Shown: positions 22,313-34,967, numbered from the stretch's first letter. The stretch is DNA of 35,893 bases from Octopus bimaculoides (GCF_001194135.2 NC_068996.1:7108531-7144423); one strand, 5' to 3'. Numbers and translations are program-made. The notes: generated from the sequence alone by a model not told the origin.

Positions 22313-23191
22313 ATTCATCACTCTGATTACTACAACAAAGGACCCACTGTCTAAAATGAAAGGAAGCAAAGGGGCTACGTGAAAAGTACCTATGCATATT
22401 TTTACAGTGATAAACATTTGTTTGACACGAGTGCTTTCCTTTAACAGCTTGAAGCTGTTAAACTGTCCACGATCGAATCAGGCAAGATGGCAAAAGACTA
22501 CAAGCACTGTTTGTCTGAAGTGAAAACATTTTGCTCGCATGTGCATTTATATACATTTATAATATACATATGTAATGACATACATACATACATAAATGTG
22601 TGTGTGTGTGTGTGTGTGCGTGCATGTATGTGTGTATGTGTGTATGTGTGTGTGCATGCTTCTGTGCGTTCATTAGTTGACTCTTCGTCAACTCTTTGAC
22701 AGGTTTTGTTTTCTATAGAGCCGAGTGTTCAAAAGTCATCTTCCTAAACTACTAATCTTTGGTTGTATTCCTAGTCGGGTAGTAGGGCAACACACTCTTT
22801 TTCTGTCAGTCTACCGGCTGCCCTGTCTGTCTTTTTATACCTCTCTATCTCTTTCTTAATTTATCACGTGTTCGATGTTATGCTTGGTCAAGAGCGGGTG
22901 TGCTGAGGACTGTCTGTCTGCTAGCGATTACATAGGTGTCTAAGTTTTCAAGTCATTTATACTCACTTGAGATCCACTTAATTCTTTTTGTGTAAGACAA
23001 GATCACTTCCTTCTTCTTCTGGTCCATGCCAGCAACAACATTTCCAATAAACAGCAAATTCCATCATTTGGCAAAATTAACAATGATTACAAAATTTACG
23101 GAGAGACAAATTAGTAACTCAGGCCGATTGACATATTCTTCAAAGCATAAAATTGTTGTTTATTGGACAAAGTCGATTAAATCAAAGTTTC

Positions 23192-23267
<76 letters not shown>

Positions 23268-23664
23268 TATTTTATCAACTCCACTTTCACGAAAGGTAAA
23301 AAAAAAAACAGAAAAATAGGTGAGGCATGAACTTAAGCCATAAAATGAGAAAACTAAATGCTGCCTCAAGGCGTATGTTCTGAGGCTCAACCGATTCAAA
23401 GAATTCAAATTCGAAAAGAGAAAAGTGAAAAAATTATATATTAAAAAAATACAAATTGACAATGTTATTATTATCGTTTTCATTAACCTTGGTCAAGATT
23501 CTTGCATGAATGTTATATTATTTCTCCTTTTGCAGTTTTATTTTGATTTTCTCAATCATTTTAAACGTAAACAGTAGAATGAAATTTAAAGCACAGTTTA
23601 TTTTTCTTTCTTTTTCACATTTTACATCAACAGGAAATTAACATAGCAGGGGAAGCCCAAAAAA

Positions 23665-23728
<64 letters not shown>

Positions 23729-23752
23729 GTCGTTATTGTTATTGTTGCTGTC

Positions 23753-23795
<43 letters not shown>
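23192..23795. repeat. Two (ATT)n arrays (about 23192-23267 and 23665-23730) and a (GAT)n array (about 23755-23795)
   Basis: Direct reading. Confidence 0.9.
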
Positions 23796-24253
23796 ACAAT
23801 AAAGTAAAGGCTTTTAAAAACTAAATACGCAATTCCAAAGAAGCATTAAAAAAATAAACAATAAAAATAGAGAAATAACAAAAAGGAAAATATAACTAAA
23901 TGTAAACTTGTCGGACATTTGCTGTGTTACTTCATAAATAAACAAATTATAAAAGGAAAACAAAATAGAAAAAAAAATATTTAAATAGATAAGTGAAAAC
24001 AACTGTCATTTTATGAAAACTGTGTGCAGTGTTGAATTCTAGAATATTTGCATCAACTACTTCCTGGAATTGAAATTCGGTAAAGAATTTAGAGAATGAA
24101 ATTTCAAGCAAAAACACAAAAGATATGTTATTATTTATAATGATTGTTTTCTTTGAGGAGTGAAGGGAATGATTTATATTTATTTTATCAATTTTTTTTT
24201 ATGGAATACGATGTTGTCGATTCTCTTTCTCAGCCTTTTGTTTTCCTCGTTTA

Positions 24254-24257
24254 TTAT

Positions 24258-24337
<80 letters not shown>

Positions 24338-24921
24338 CATTGAGTGAGAGAGCAGTGCATGCCATCAAAGTGACACTGGGGTAAAATATACAAAGCCCAA
24401 TATACCCATCATGACAACCCGTCTGATAAGGGTACACCAGGCACATGCATCACAACCATATGTGCGCAACATGGTGATATCATATCAAGATAAACAGCGC
24501 ATGACCTCGCAGGTGGGGCCCAGTTAGAATTTTCTTCAGGTTGAGTAGCCCATTCCGCTCAAAAGATCCCTGAATAAGGTTTGTTTATGGATGTTGAGCA
24601 AAACACCCGTGTTTCCAAAGGTGAATTATTCAAACCCCAAAGAATTCCTCTCAACACATGGCTATGATGCTCCCCCACTACTTCTACTCATGATCAGAGA
24701 TGCACATATCGTTAGCCACCAAGGGACATGCTCAAATGGTTATGGTAAAACAACTGACAAGCAAATCTGTGGTATTAAGCAGAATATTTGCTGTAGCCCA
24801 TCTTTTATACGAAGACAAATCAATGTACATGATAACACTTCCAATCAAAAAAGCAGAATATTTGCTGTAGCCCATCTTTTATACCAAGACAAAACAATGT
24901 ACATGATAACACTTCCAATCA
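24254..24921 (-). mobile_element. 3' UTR of a TAA-tailed LINE (R4/Dong-like) with (AAT)n tail; internal 74-bp tandem duplication at 24777-24921
   Basis: Reverse complement of 35225-35567 (…GCACTGCTCTCTCA(C/T)TCAAT then (AAT)n). AAGCAGAATATTTGCTGTAGCCC at 24777 and 24851. Confidence 0.7.
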
Positions 24922-24972
<51 letters not shown>

Positions 24973-24973
<1 letters not shown>

Positions 24974-25140
24974 GTTCGTTCGTTTTACGTTCTTAGTTCA
25001 AATTCCGCCGAGGTCGGCTTTGCTTTTCATCCATTCAGGGTCAATAAAATAATACCAGTTGAGTACTGGAGTCGATGTGATCGACTAGCCCTTCACCCCA
25101 AAATTTCAGGCCTTGTACTGTAGTAGAAAAGATTATTATT
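24973..25140 (+). mobile_element. 5'-truncated Meta-like SINE with (ATT)n tail
   Basis: TTACGTTCTTAGTTCAAATTCCGCCGAGGTCGG...AAATTTCAGGCCTTGTAC...GATTATTATT. Confidence 0.8.
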
Positions 25141-25176
25141 ATTATTATTATTATTATTATTGTTATTATGATTATG

Positions 25177-25220
<44 letters not shown>

Positions 25221-25337
25221 TGCTACTGTTGTTGTTATTATTGAATAATAATAATAATATTAATAATGATAATAATAATAATAATAATAATAATGATGAT
25301 GATGATGATGATGATGGTAATAATAACGATGATGATA

Positions 25338-25530
25338 ATTATTATTTCAAATTTTGGCGCAAGGCCAGCAATTTCAGGTGAGGGTGTAGGTCGAATACAT
25401 TAACCTCAGTATTTGACTGTTACTTATTATATCGGTTACAAAAGAATGAAAAGCAAAGTCGACCTCGGCAGCATTTGAACTCAGAAAGTAAAAGCGGACG
25501 AAAAACCAGTAAGCATTTTGTCCGATTCAA
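25338..25530 (-). mobile_element. Meta-like SINE, opposite orientation
   Basis: TTTGGCGCAAGGCCAGCAATTTC...AAAGTCGACCTCGGCAGCATTTGAACTCAGAA...GCATTTTGTCCG. Confidence 0.8.
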
Positions 25531-25609
25531 CCAGTTATAATGAAGGACTGAAATAAAAGTAGTAATGATAATAAAACGATAAGAAAATAGAATAGATTAA
25601 TTGCTACAC

Positions 25610-26860
25610 AAAATGTTGTTTCAAAATAATTAGAAAGGATTGTTAAATGCAGAAAAAAGTAGAAAGTTTTAGAGTGATATAAGGGACATAGAAAGATATC
25701 CAAAAGGAGGAGGTGGTTTGAATAGAAGAAATAAATAACGAACTAAGAAGAGTAACAGAATAGGTTGACGTAGTAATCACTCCAAAGTCCATTGTAAAAC
25801 AGGCTTCCAAAGGAGCTAATTAGAAAGTCCCTAAAGCAGATGGACAACAAGGTTTATTGGTTGAAGAACAAAAAAATAATAAATGGATGACTAAGAGAAA
25901 AGCAGCCCTTAATAAGAAATATAAGCAGAAAAGCGCGGAGGTCTCAAACTACGGACCGATAACTTGCTTGTCACTAATATGAAAACTGTTAGCAAATGAG
26001 ATCTATGTACACTTGTAAAAAAAAAAGCGAAACGAATAGAAAGAGAGGTCTGATAAATTCAAGCGGGACTAAAGATCAACTATTAATTGTCAAAATTATA
26101 ATAATCTGCAAAACAAGACGGATTGATTTAGCAATGGAGTGGATCGACTATAAAAAAAAAGATATACGATGGGGTTCCTCACTCTTAGATTTTAAAGACA
26201 CTCAAATGGTTAAAATTGCAAATAATATCACTGAAGTGATACGAGTAAGTATCGAAATTGGAAACTGGAGCTAACAGCCTGATGACACTCACTTAAAAAA
26301 GTCAAAATAGATCGATGTATCTTTGAAGGTGATAGGCTACCATTTCTACTCTTATCTTACCCTCCTAAATTTAAGAAATGTAATTTCTGGATATAGTCTT
26401 AGTGAAAGATAGGGTATAGTTAACCAGGTATTGTTCAAGGATGACCCTAAATAATAGGAAAAGCTTAAAGGTAATTGGATACTTTTGCCAATATTTAGAG
26501 AAAGTTTATCAATGACATCAGAATGGAATTTGGTATTTCCAAGTGTGCAGCTCTTGTGATGAAGAAGGAGAATAACATAAAAATGATGGAATATATTCAC
26601 TGAATAAAAATAAGATACGGGAGATGGATATAGATGATGGGCATAGATATCTAGGAATCTTGAAATTTGATGGTGTAAATATAAAGCAGGAAAGAATATT
26701 TACAAAGAGTAAAGAGAATGCTCAATGGCATAAATACCATTGTAACTATAATTTCCAGATCTCTTTCCGTTATCAAATACAGCGTCGGAATAATCAAATG
26801 GACAAAGGAAATTCTTGAGAACATAGAGACAAAGACAACGAAAAGGCCAAAACTCTTCAG
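25610..26860 (+). pseudogene. Degenerate reverse transcriptase region of an R4/Dong-clade non-LTR retrotransposon
   Basis: Peptides NYGPITCLSLI*KLL, SGTKDQLLIVK...LAMEWIDYKK, VNQVLFKDDPK (HLLFMDDLK), MEFGISKCAALVMKK, YLGIL, SVIKYSVGIIKWTKEILENIETKT, in canonical R4 order with stops and frameshifts. Confidence 0.85.
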
Positions 26861-26997
26861 GTTCTATAGTATCTACAGGCTGCCCTACTGTTGCATAATT
26901 AATGTACAACTACTTAGCTACGTCAATTTCCCCACATTCACCCATTTTCCAAGAAATAAAAGAAAAGCAGCACTCCTTTACTTCATCTTCCTCTTAG

Positions 26998-27139
26998 GGT
27001 GATACTAAAAGGATTTGAAGACGGCTTGACCCGTAAGGAAAAGCACTGGTTGAAAATCTTCCAACTGCGTTCACTTCACAGATACATTCCCGATGGCGAG
27101 CCGGCAGAGGAAGGAATCTCGTTCTTCTTTGCCAGATGA
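26998..27139 (+). CDS. Candidate terminal coding exon of an unidentified host gene
   Basis: Strong acceptor TTTACTTCATCTTCCTCTTAG|G; 46 codons VILKGFEDGLTRKEKHWLKIFQLRSLHRYIPDGEPAEEGISFFFAR then TGA at 27137-27139. Locally GC-richer; ATTAAA about 100 nt downstream. Confidence 0.5.
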
Positions 27140-28146
27140 AAGAGATGGATCAACCTTTTCCTCAGTGAGACTGAATGAAAATTACAGTTTATTGTTAACT
27201 TTCTATAAAAACTGCCACAATAATGCTGTATAAGAATTAAAAATAATGCTGGTTATTTCATTAAAAAAAAAAAAAAGGCGCAGAAATTAAAGCTTAGCAA
27301 ATATATCCGAACCAGTCTCTGAAAATATCTATATCATTGAATTCTTCAGTATTTCCTGCAATGCTGCCGTGTATCTGAGCTACATATGTGCATGCGTCCA
27401 TTGTACCAATTTTATTTTGCGTTGCTTCGGGTAAACAATAGTCTTGTCGCATTTATCATATCCTTTCCAAGCCATATTTTACTGGGAGAACAGCTCCAAG
27501 AATTAGAAGTTGCATATTATTTCTCAATTTTGTTTTGATAATATTCACGCTTCTTTTTAGCATTTGAATTGTGTAATATTATGAGATTAAGAACAAATGC
27601 TTCAATATCTCTACAGGAACTTTCCCCATCAGCATCTTTGTGATAAGAAATTTCCATCCAAATTCATGGTAGTCTTGGTCCTTTTAAGCAAATGGATACT
27701 GCCTTACTGTAATTCACCATTTTCTATATCATTATCATTTAAATTTATTGATCCCAAAAGAGGAAGAATTAATTGGCTCATTTACATGACACAAAATATT
27801 TTCCATAAAAAAACATTTAGTGTTCTTGAATATGTTAAAATGTTCTGGTAATTGTTAGTTCAGTTATTTATAAAGGTAGGGATATTTTCGTAATATTTTA
27901 CTTTAAACAGCTGTCACTTTTTGAGTGTCATTTTGCTAGTTTTCTCTCAAACATGTAGCCAAGATCAGGGTTAGAGTCTAAATATTCTAAGGATTTGTTT
28001 TATTACTTTAAATCTTTAATGATTCTTTATTATTAATAACAAAACGCAAACAGTTGTGTCTGTTTAGAGAATGAGAAAAATGTTAAGTTACTACATTAAA
28101 AAATTTGTAGTTTTTATGGAGTCATTCAGCAGTAAATTGCAAAGAA

Positions 28147-28200
<54 letters not shown>

Positions 28201-28294
28201 TCATACATATTCGCAAGTGTCAACTGAAGTAAGAATGGGACATAACATTGACATTGTTTATTCAAGTAACCAAAAGATATTTAAAAAAATCTTT

Positions 28295-28446
28295 TGCCTT
28301 GTACTTGTTTCAATCATTGGACTGCGACCATGCTGGAGTACCACCTTGAAGGGTTTAGTCAAATAAATCGACTCAGTACATATTTTTTAAATTTGGTACT
28401 TCAATGTCTTTTCCAAGTGCCAGAGGAACAAACACAAAGCACAGGG

Positions 28447-28477
<31 letters not shown>

Positions 28478-28600
28478 CGACGGGCATCTGCATAGGTTCC
28501 GTCCCCCAAATTCACTCACAAAGCCAGGCACTTTAATAGAAAACGTTTACCCAAGGTGCAGTGCTGTGGGACTGAACCCGAAGTCATGTGGTTGCAAAAT
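28295..28600 (-). mobile_element. Diverged composite SINE with internal (TACA)n
   Basis: Same two-module order as 5946-6430. Confidence 0.7.
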
Positions 28601-29167
28601 GTGTTTTCAAGATATTTACAATGCTACTTACATCACACTTTTCTAAAAGCAACACAGCTTCCTTGCAATTATTATATATCATTATGTACTAAAAGCATTC
28701 TCAGAACCATTCATGTTGTAGAAGACTAAACTACCCAGTTCTAACATCAAAATTCAGTTCTTCACCAAATTGTGGAGTAGGCTTATTCTTTAGAATATTT
28801 GTACAATTTGTTTGACGAAATCTTGCATATGCTACTGATATTATAGGTTTGTACAAATCTATCAAATAAGCATAGGTGTTAAATGAAGAATGGTAGCACG
28901 TATACATTGCTAAGTTTGGCTTGAAGCAATTTAGTTTCAGTATATCTTGTTTTAAAAAGCGGCAGCAGAAACAATTGCGTAGCGTGGAAGTGCGCAGAAT
29001 GTGCGAACCGCATTAGTGTAATCACTTTATATATGCATATTTGCTGCTGTAAAAACTATGACGCGTTTAAAAAATTGTTTCCTATTGTAAAACACTGCCT
29101 TTGCTTGAATAAAAGTTTTAAATAATGAAGAATTTAGTAAAATAGCTATCGTTAGTAGGTTGGTGTT

Positions 29168-29645
29168 AAGGCGGTGAGTAAGCAGATTTGTTAGCCCGCT
29201 GGACAAAATGCTTAACAGCGTTTCGTCCGTCTTATACGTTCATAGTTCAAATTCAGCAGAGAACGATTTTGCTGGTCATCCTTTCGGGGTCGATGAAATA
29301 AGTGCCAGTTAAGAACTGGAGTCAACGTAATCGACTAGCCCCCTCCCATCAAAATTTCAGGCTTTGTACCAATAGTAGGAAGAATTATTATTATTATTAA
29401 AGTGATGAGCTTGCAGAATCGTTACCGTGCCGGACAAAATGCACTACTTTCAACTCTTTACGTTCTGAGTTCAACTGCTGGCGAGGTCTGCTTCACCTTT
29501 CATCCTTTCGGGACCGATAAAATATAGTTCTGTCAAGCAGTTGAGCACTGAGGTAAATATAGCAGTCGAGCACTGAGGTGGATGTAATCGACTATCCACT
29601 TGCCCACAAATTTCATGCCGTATACCTATAGGAGAAAGAATTATA
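29168..29645 (+). mobile_element. Head-to-tail dimer of the Meta-like SINE joined by an (ATT)n tail
   Basis: Copy 1 at 29168-29398, copy 2 at about 29399-29645. Copy 2 repeats GCAGT(T/C)GAGCACTGAGGT internally. Confidence 0.8.
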
Positions 29646-30714
29646 AAGCTGGTGTTTGCAATATAAATTAACATAAAATTTTGATGGAAGGTTTAGATCA
29701 CTTTAAAACTTATAGAAGCGGGAGCAGTATCAGGTGGGGTTGTTGTCAGTAGAGTTAAGGAGGGGGACGGACAATTTGGATATCACACAAGAGCGGCCAG
29801 AACCCACGCTTCGCCACTGAACAGAAAATGCTTTAAATAGAACTGATATTTTAGGGGCTTTTGTTTGGCAACGACTTTTTAGCATGGAATATTTTGTTAA
29901 GATGTCGTTACATCAATAATATTTTCCGTGCTCTTTAGATGCATCAGCAAGGACTTCGCGCAGCTATTCAATAAATACAGGCATAACATACTATTCCTTT
30001 TGGAAACTTTGTTGATATATTTTTATAGTTTCTTAACTCATTAGTAGAACAGATAAAAGCGGGATAGAACAAATTTAAATAGAGAGTAAGAAATGCATTG
30101 AAAGCTCAGAACTTCAAACAGCTTACGAGGTAAATTACTACACAACTTGCTAAAAATAAAATTCGTCAAATTACGTTAACTGGTAAATGCCGAATGTCAG
30201 TACACAATTTCTTGCTTACTACATATCTATCTATCTACCTGTCTGCCTGTCTATCTATCAATCGATCGATTGGTCTGTCTGTCTGTCTGTCTGTCTGTCT
30301 GTGCGTCTGTCCGTCTGTCCGTATGTATGTATATACATATAAATATATGTGTATATGTATATTATATTTGTATCGAGTTGTCTTAATGTCACTGTCTCTG
30401 TGCACTCTGTTAAACTAAACTGTGGAAATAGTTAATTTTATAAAATCAAAACCTCTACAACCTTTTCTCTTCGTACAATATTGCAGTAAAATGAGATCTC
30501 TGTTTCTCACCCGTACCGAAACGTAGCACATTTAGGAATTGAAAAATGATAGGACAGTGAGCGAAAACCTATATCTGCTCAACATTTAACAGACAATAAT
30601 TGGTGTGCTTGAGTAGCATATCATGCTGCTATGTTTGGTAAACTAAGTCACTTTAATGAATCTTTCAAAAAATACAAGAAAATTTAATTCTTTCGATGTG
30701 TAAAATAAATATTT

Positions 30715-31150
30715 ATCCAGAATACTGGTGACTTTTCCGTGTTTTGCAATAGAGGCTGAAGGTGCTGTTGTACTCCGTCTCCAAATGCAGGAGTTGATGC
30801 CTCATCAGGCGGTGGAGTAACTCTATAAGTGCTTTGATCCCCTTCCACCGCGGCACCAGAGCTGCCACCGATGCAGACAACAAAACTCCTGCACAGAGGT
30901 ACGAGTTTTGTTGAGTCTGATGTTGTAGCTCTGAGTCAGATACTCCTATCATTCTCAATACACTTATTTCACTACTCGTCCACTTTTTGGGAGCGAGATA
31001 TAATAGCTTTCTTTCTCAGCGGTTTTCAACAATTTTTTGTTTGTTTTTGGTATCTTCTTTTCTCTTCTTTGTAGCTAATCCAAGACTCTCGAGCAACGAG
31101 TGAATCCTGGGTTCAACAAATCCTCTGAAAGCTACCTCTACAGGAAAGCA
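30715..31150 (-). mobile_element. 5'-truncated HERO/NeSL-type RLE non-LTR retrotransposon (ORF C-terminus plus GC-rich 3' UTR)
   Basis: 31150-31115 encodes CFPVEVAFRGFV, then EPRIHSLLESLGL and, after a frameshift, AEKESYYISL. Matches the PVEVGCRGFV...LG...AEKASxWxW C-terminus recalled for HERO RLE domains. Confidence 0.7.
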
Positions 31151-31739
31151 TACATAAGTATTACAGACACTATTATGTGAGCATTTCACTCAGTTGTTAT
31201 TCTTACTTTTTCATTATTTTCCTTCTCTTTCCGTCAATAATCTTCAATGGCTAGTTATGCCGTTATTTGTGAATTCTCACGATAACACTAATCTCACTGC
31301 TGCAGAACAAGATCAACTGATTGACACATTTTGCGTCATCTCATTTATTGGAATCAAAATTTGCAGAACTATCGATTGACGCCTTCTGGACATCGATAGA
31401 AAAGGAATATTGAGAGATGGCAGAAAATAGTTTAAATACCTAACTAACCTTTCCTACATCATATTTATGCGCGTTGGCGTTTTCGTCGTTAACGAACATC
31501 AAAACGAAGCGACATCACTTATTATTGATAGAAGTTAAACTACGCATTACTTTATCAAATATTCCACAACAGCTAACTAAATAAAACTACATCGAAATCA
31601 GCTGTCTCATTAGTTTAGTTACATTCATTTAATCTGTGTCTTTATACATATTTCTATTTGAAAACGACCTCTTACGACTTACGAGTGAGTTAGTTATCAG
31701 CGGATGTATCTCAAAATGTTTGATATATTTTTTAACAAC

Positions 31740-31880
31740 TTTACTTGTTTCAGTCATTGGGCTACTTATTTGAAATCTGATACTTATTATATCGCTTTCT
31801 TTTGCCGAACCGCTAGATTATGGGGATTTAAACAAATCAACACACGTTGTCGAGCGGTGAGAGGAACAACTATATAAGCA
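31740..31880 (-). mobile_element. Deleted 3' half of the composite SINE
   Basis: CTTTACTTGTTTCAGTCATTGG...TTTTGCCGAACCGCTAG...GTTGTCGAGCGGTG. Confidence 0.7.
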
Positions 31881-31939
31881 AACATACATACTTACAGACA
31901 CATACACACGCAAACAGATGTATATATACATATATAGAG

Positions 31940-31975
<36 letters not shown>

Positions 31976-31976
31976 A

Positions 31977-32010
<34 letters not shown>

Positions 32011-32208
32011 GTGTATATTTTTCCCTTGTTTACAATTAACACGGAAAAAATAGATAAATAGTTACCAGGGTAGCAAAAAATCACACAAATAAAAAGTCTG
32101 TAACTCCTTGTTTTTAAAGGTAGAAACTCCGGGTTTACATGAAATATTTTGTATAATATATATAAATAAATACATGGAGTTAAACGCAGGTGCTATTCAA
32201 ATTCTTTT

Positions 32209-32297
32209 ACTTCCGACACATGCTTCGAAGATATCATTGGTACTATTCCAAAGGAATAAAAGGGTGTAAAACAATGTAATCTTCTCTTCAGGGAAAT
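32209..32297 (-). ncRNA. Hammerhead motif in the 3' pLTR (sense to the ORF)
   Basis: Minus: ATTTCC-CTGAAGA-GAAGAT...ATCTTC-GAAG-CATGTG-TC-GGAAGT. 6-bp stems I and II; A15.1 is changed to G. Confidence 0.75.
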
Positions 32298-32659
32298 GAA
32301 GAAATGAAACTCGTCAATAAGACATTTTAACAGAAAATGATGGATATGTATTGTGATGAACTGAACGCCATGAAGTTTAAAAACAAAAACGTTAGAGGAT
32401 ATAACGTCAAAGGTAGCTTATAGAAAAAAAACAAATAAATGAGAAGTATATAACGATATGTAAATTAAATAAAACCCTATAGTCTTGGAAAAAGATATAT
32501 CTAGTGAATGTGAAATGTAAGAAGAAAATTAATGTTTAAATTATATATAATGATAGATATCACTCATATGAACTAAAGGTGTGATTCTGCTAATGTTTAT
32601 ATCGGTATGCACGCTCTATAACCGTGTTTACAAGGGGATTTTTAGAAAAAAGAATTTTA

Positions 32660-34967
32660 AAATAGTTCGGAATTACAGAGAAGACAGAATTCCTTGCCTT
32701 TATCATAAGGGATCGAAATTGAAAGAATCAACCAATCTAAATTGAATTATTTATTATGGTCTTTTAGATGCCATATTAATTTACTGTTACGTTTATTCCT
32801 ATCCCTAAATGTAGAGTAATGATTAGAAATTCTTTTAGATAACTGAGAAGAGGAACTGCCTATATAAAAAAAAGACATCGGTACCTGAAGTAATTTTACG
32901 TTGGTATATAGAATTTTTAATTTTAGAGTTACTTGACACAAACTTGATTCTGTTGTAATTGACTTCAGATACAATAAACTTGTTATTAATATTTCTAGGG
33001 GGAAGGATGGTATTAGCTAAATTAATGTTAGTATTAGTAAATGTATCCCTATTTAACAGGCTAATATTATGTGAGGAGATAATTTGTAAGAGATTTTTTG
33101 TGTTGGAAAAACCAATCCTAACTGTATGTGAGTTGATAATAAAGTAATACCTAGAATTCTTTGGAAAATTCCTAATAATAGCTTCCCGAAATTGCAAAGG
33201 AAGATTAGAGTTAATTTGCTTCCCATAAGGAATAATTAACCAAATAGTTTTACTATTAGTTGCCTTATTTTTAGTGTAACTATCTTTGAAAGACATCGAT
33301 TTACCTTTAGAATGAAAAAAGGGGGTTAAATAAGGGCTATCTCCCTTCCTCTGTTTGGTGTTGGCGTATAAATTAAAATTGGTATCGTTTATATCCTTAC
33401 AATTAGATTTCATGTCTCGATTAGTAAAGGTAAAATAAGATCGAATGGAATTAATGTTGGTAACTGTCTCTGTATAACCTGCTTTAAGTAAGGCAGAGTT
33501 ATAAAATTTGGCTTTATCATTGAAAATGTCAACATCAGCAGATAACTTAGACAATCTAAATGAAATAGCCTTGACTAAGTTCCTAGTTATTGCCCAAGAA
33601 TGCTTACTGAATTGGCTAATATACTTATGATTGGTCGATGGTTTGTGGTATGGGAAGTACGAATTATTGTGTAAGTTAAGTGTAATATCTAAAAAGTTGG
33701 CCTTCGTTACATCATCATCAAAAACGATGCTTAAGCCCATTCTACGGAAAAACTTAACTAAACTATTCTTAACTTTTTGTACTTTTTGGTCAGAAACATT
33801 TTGAAGGTAAAGTATACAATCATCACGATATAGACCTCCATTTATGTTTGGAAACTATTCTGCCATCTCANNNNNNNNNNNNNNNNNNNNNNNNNNNNNN
33901 NNNNNNNNNNNNNNNNNNNNNNNNNNNNNNNNNNNNNNNNNNNNNNNNNNNNNNNNNNNNNNNNNNNNNNNNNNNNNNNNNNNNNNNNNNNNNNNNNNNN
34001 NNNNNNNNNNNNNNNNNNNNNNNNNNNNNNNNNNNNNNNNNNNNNNNNNNNNNNNNNNNNNNNNNNNNNNNNNNNNNNNNNNNNNNNNNNNNNNNNNNNN
34101 NNNNNNNNNNNNNNNNNNNNNNNNNNNNNNNNNNNNNNNNNNNNNNNNNNNATATACAGACTAAATCAGCTATTTGTGCTGAATTAGAACTTCCCATCGT
34201 AACATCAAAACCATCTTGTGTGACTTTACGGACCCACTGCTTGTTGTCAAACTTTATGATAAATTTTCTGGCGACCAACACAACATTAATTTCTTCCCTG
34301 GTGACACCAGCTTTGTTATGAGCAAGCCAAAGTGCCTTATTAAGTACTATTGGGTTGATGGAGGAATAAAAACTAGAAATGTCAAACTGGATAAACTTAG
34401 TGCTCCTCTTATTATTAATAGAACTAAACCAGTCAACGACTTGGAACGAACTGGACCATAAACTAAACTTTAATTTTTTAATTAATGTAGGAACATTTAT
34501 CTTGAATATTTTTACTAAGTACACCGATGTCAGAGCTAGAAGGGCAGATAAGTCTTAAGGATGGGTTATTACAAAATATTTGCTTTTGATCTTTCAAAAT
34601 AAACCGAGGTTGCTTAGGATCAAGTGGTTCTGTCTTCATTTGTAAATTATACCTCTCGATAATTTTCTTAGCCTCAAAGTTGGCTTTCTTGAGTGCACTT
34701 TTATCAGTAAACCTATAGTTTTTTTTATTTCTTTTTTAAGCAATTCTAAAGAATAATCCTTGTTAAGTTTGTACAGGTTTCCCGTTTTATCCGATTGAAC
34801 CAGCATACTATCCATGGTATTAATTCCCTTGGTGATATTGTAAAGATACCTCAGATGTTTATTCCTTAGCGGTGATCTGTGAAATTTCACATTTCTCACA
34901 ATGGACCAAAGATCATCTTCAAACTGTTTCAATCTTGAGTTACGTGGAGGATTATTTTTAGATTTAA
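32660..34967 (-). pseudogene. PLE reverse transcriptase / GIY-YIG endonuclease ORF, disrupted
   Basis: FKSKNNPP...FEDDL; DKTGNLYKL; ILKDQKQIFCNNPSLRLICPS; FIQFDISSFYSSI; FDVTMGSSNSAQIADLV; GLYRDD (33819-33836); FLDITLNL...PYHKP; KNSIYQ / YIGSSSSQLSKRISNH; PYDKGKEFCLLC (CLLC at 32675-32686). At least 3 frameshifts (T8 at 34719-34726, near 34490, A8 at 32866-32873) and stops at 33855-33857 and 32747-32749. Confidence 0.9.

Noticed and set aside
22440-22462. Perfect 11-bp-arm palindrome TTTAACAGCTT-G-AAGCTGTTAAA
   Set aside because: Short, single and with no associated element; no function can be argued.
22961-23067. Minus-strand MMEFAVYWKCCCWHG… with a downstream GTGAGT donor
   Set aside because: That frame hits TAA before the donor, and the alternative frame has an upstream stop with no acceptor.
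23026-25052. Poly-L/N/I/Y ORFs
   Set aside because: Products of (ATT)n arrays and a LINE 3' UTR.
30713-30958. 81-aa ORF or host exon
   Set aside because: It lies directly 3' of a HERO-like ORF end and is better explained as its GC-rich 3' UTR.
31460-31540. Possible Helitron-like terminus (…CACTTTATTATTGATAGAAG; similar at about 29020)
   Set aside because: Only a short AT-rich resemblance; no partner end or hairpin identified.
32097-32135. CTGTAA...GGTAGAAACTCCGGGT as a hammerhead
   Set aside because: The core is incomplete and there is no stem I.
32660-34967. Selenocysteine recoding or programmed frameshifting in the PLE ORF
   Set aside because: The internal stops seen are TAG and TAA, not TGA, and the frameshifts are mostly in homopolymers and of mixed sign, consistent with decay or sequencing error.
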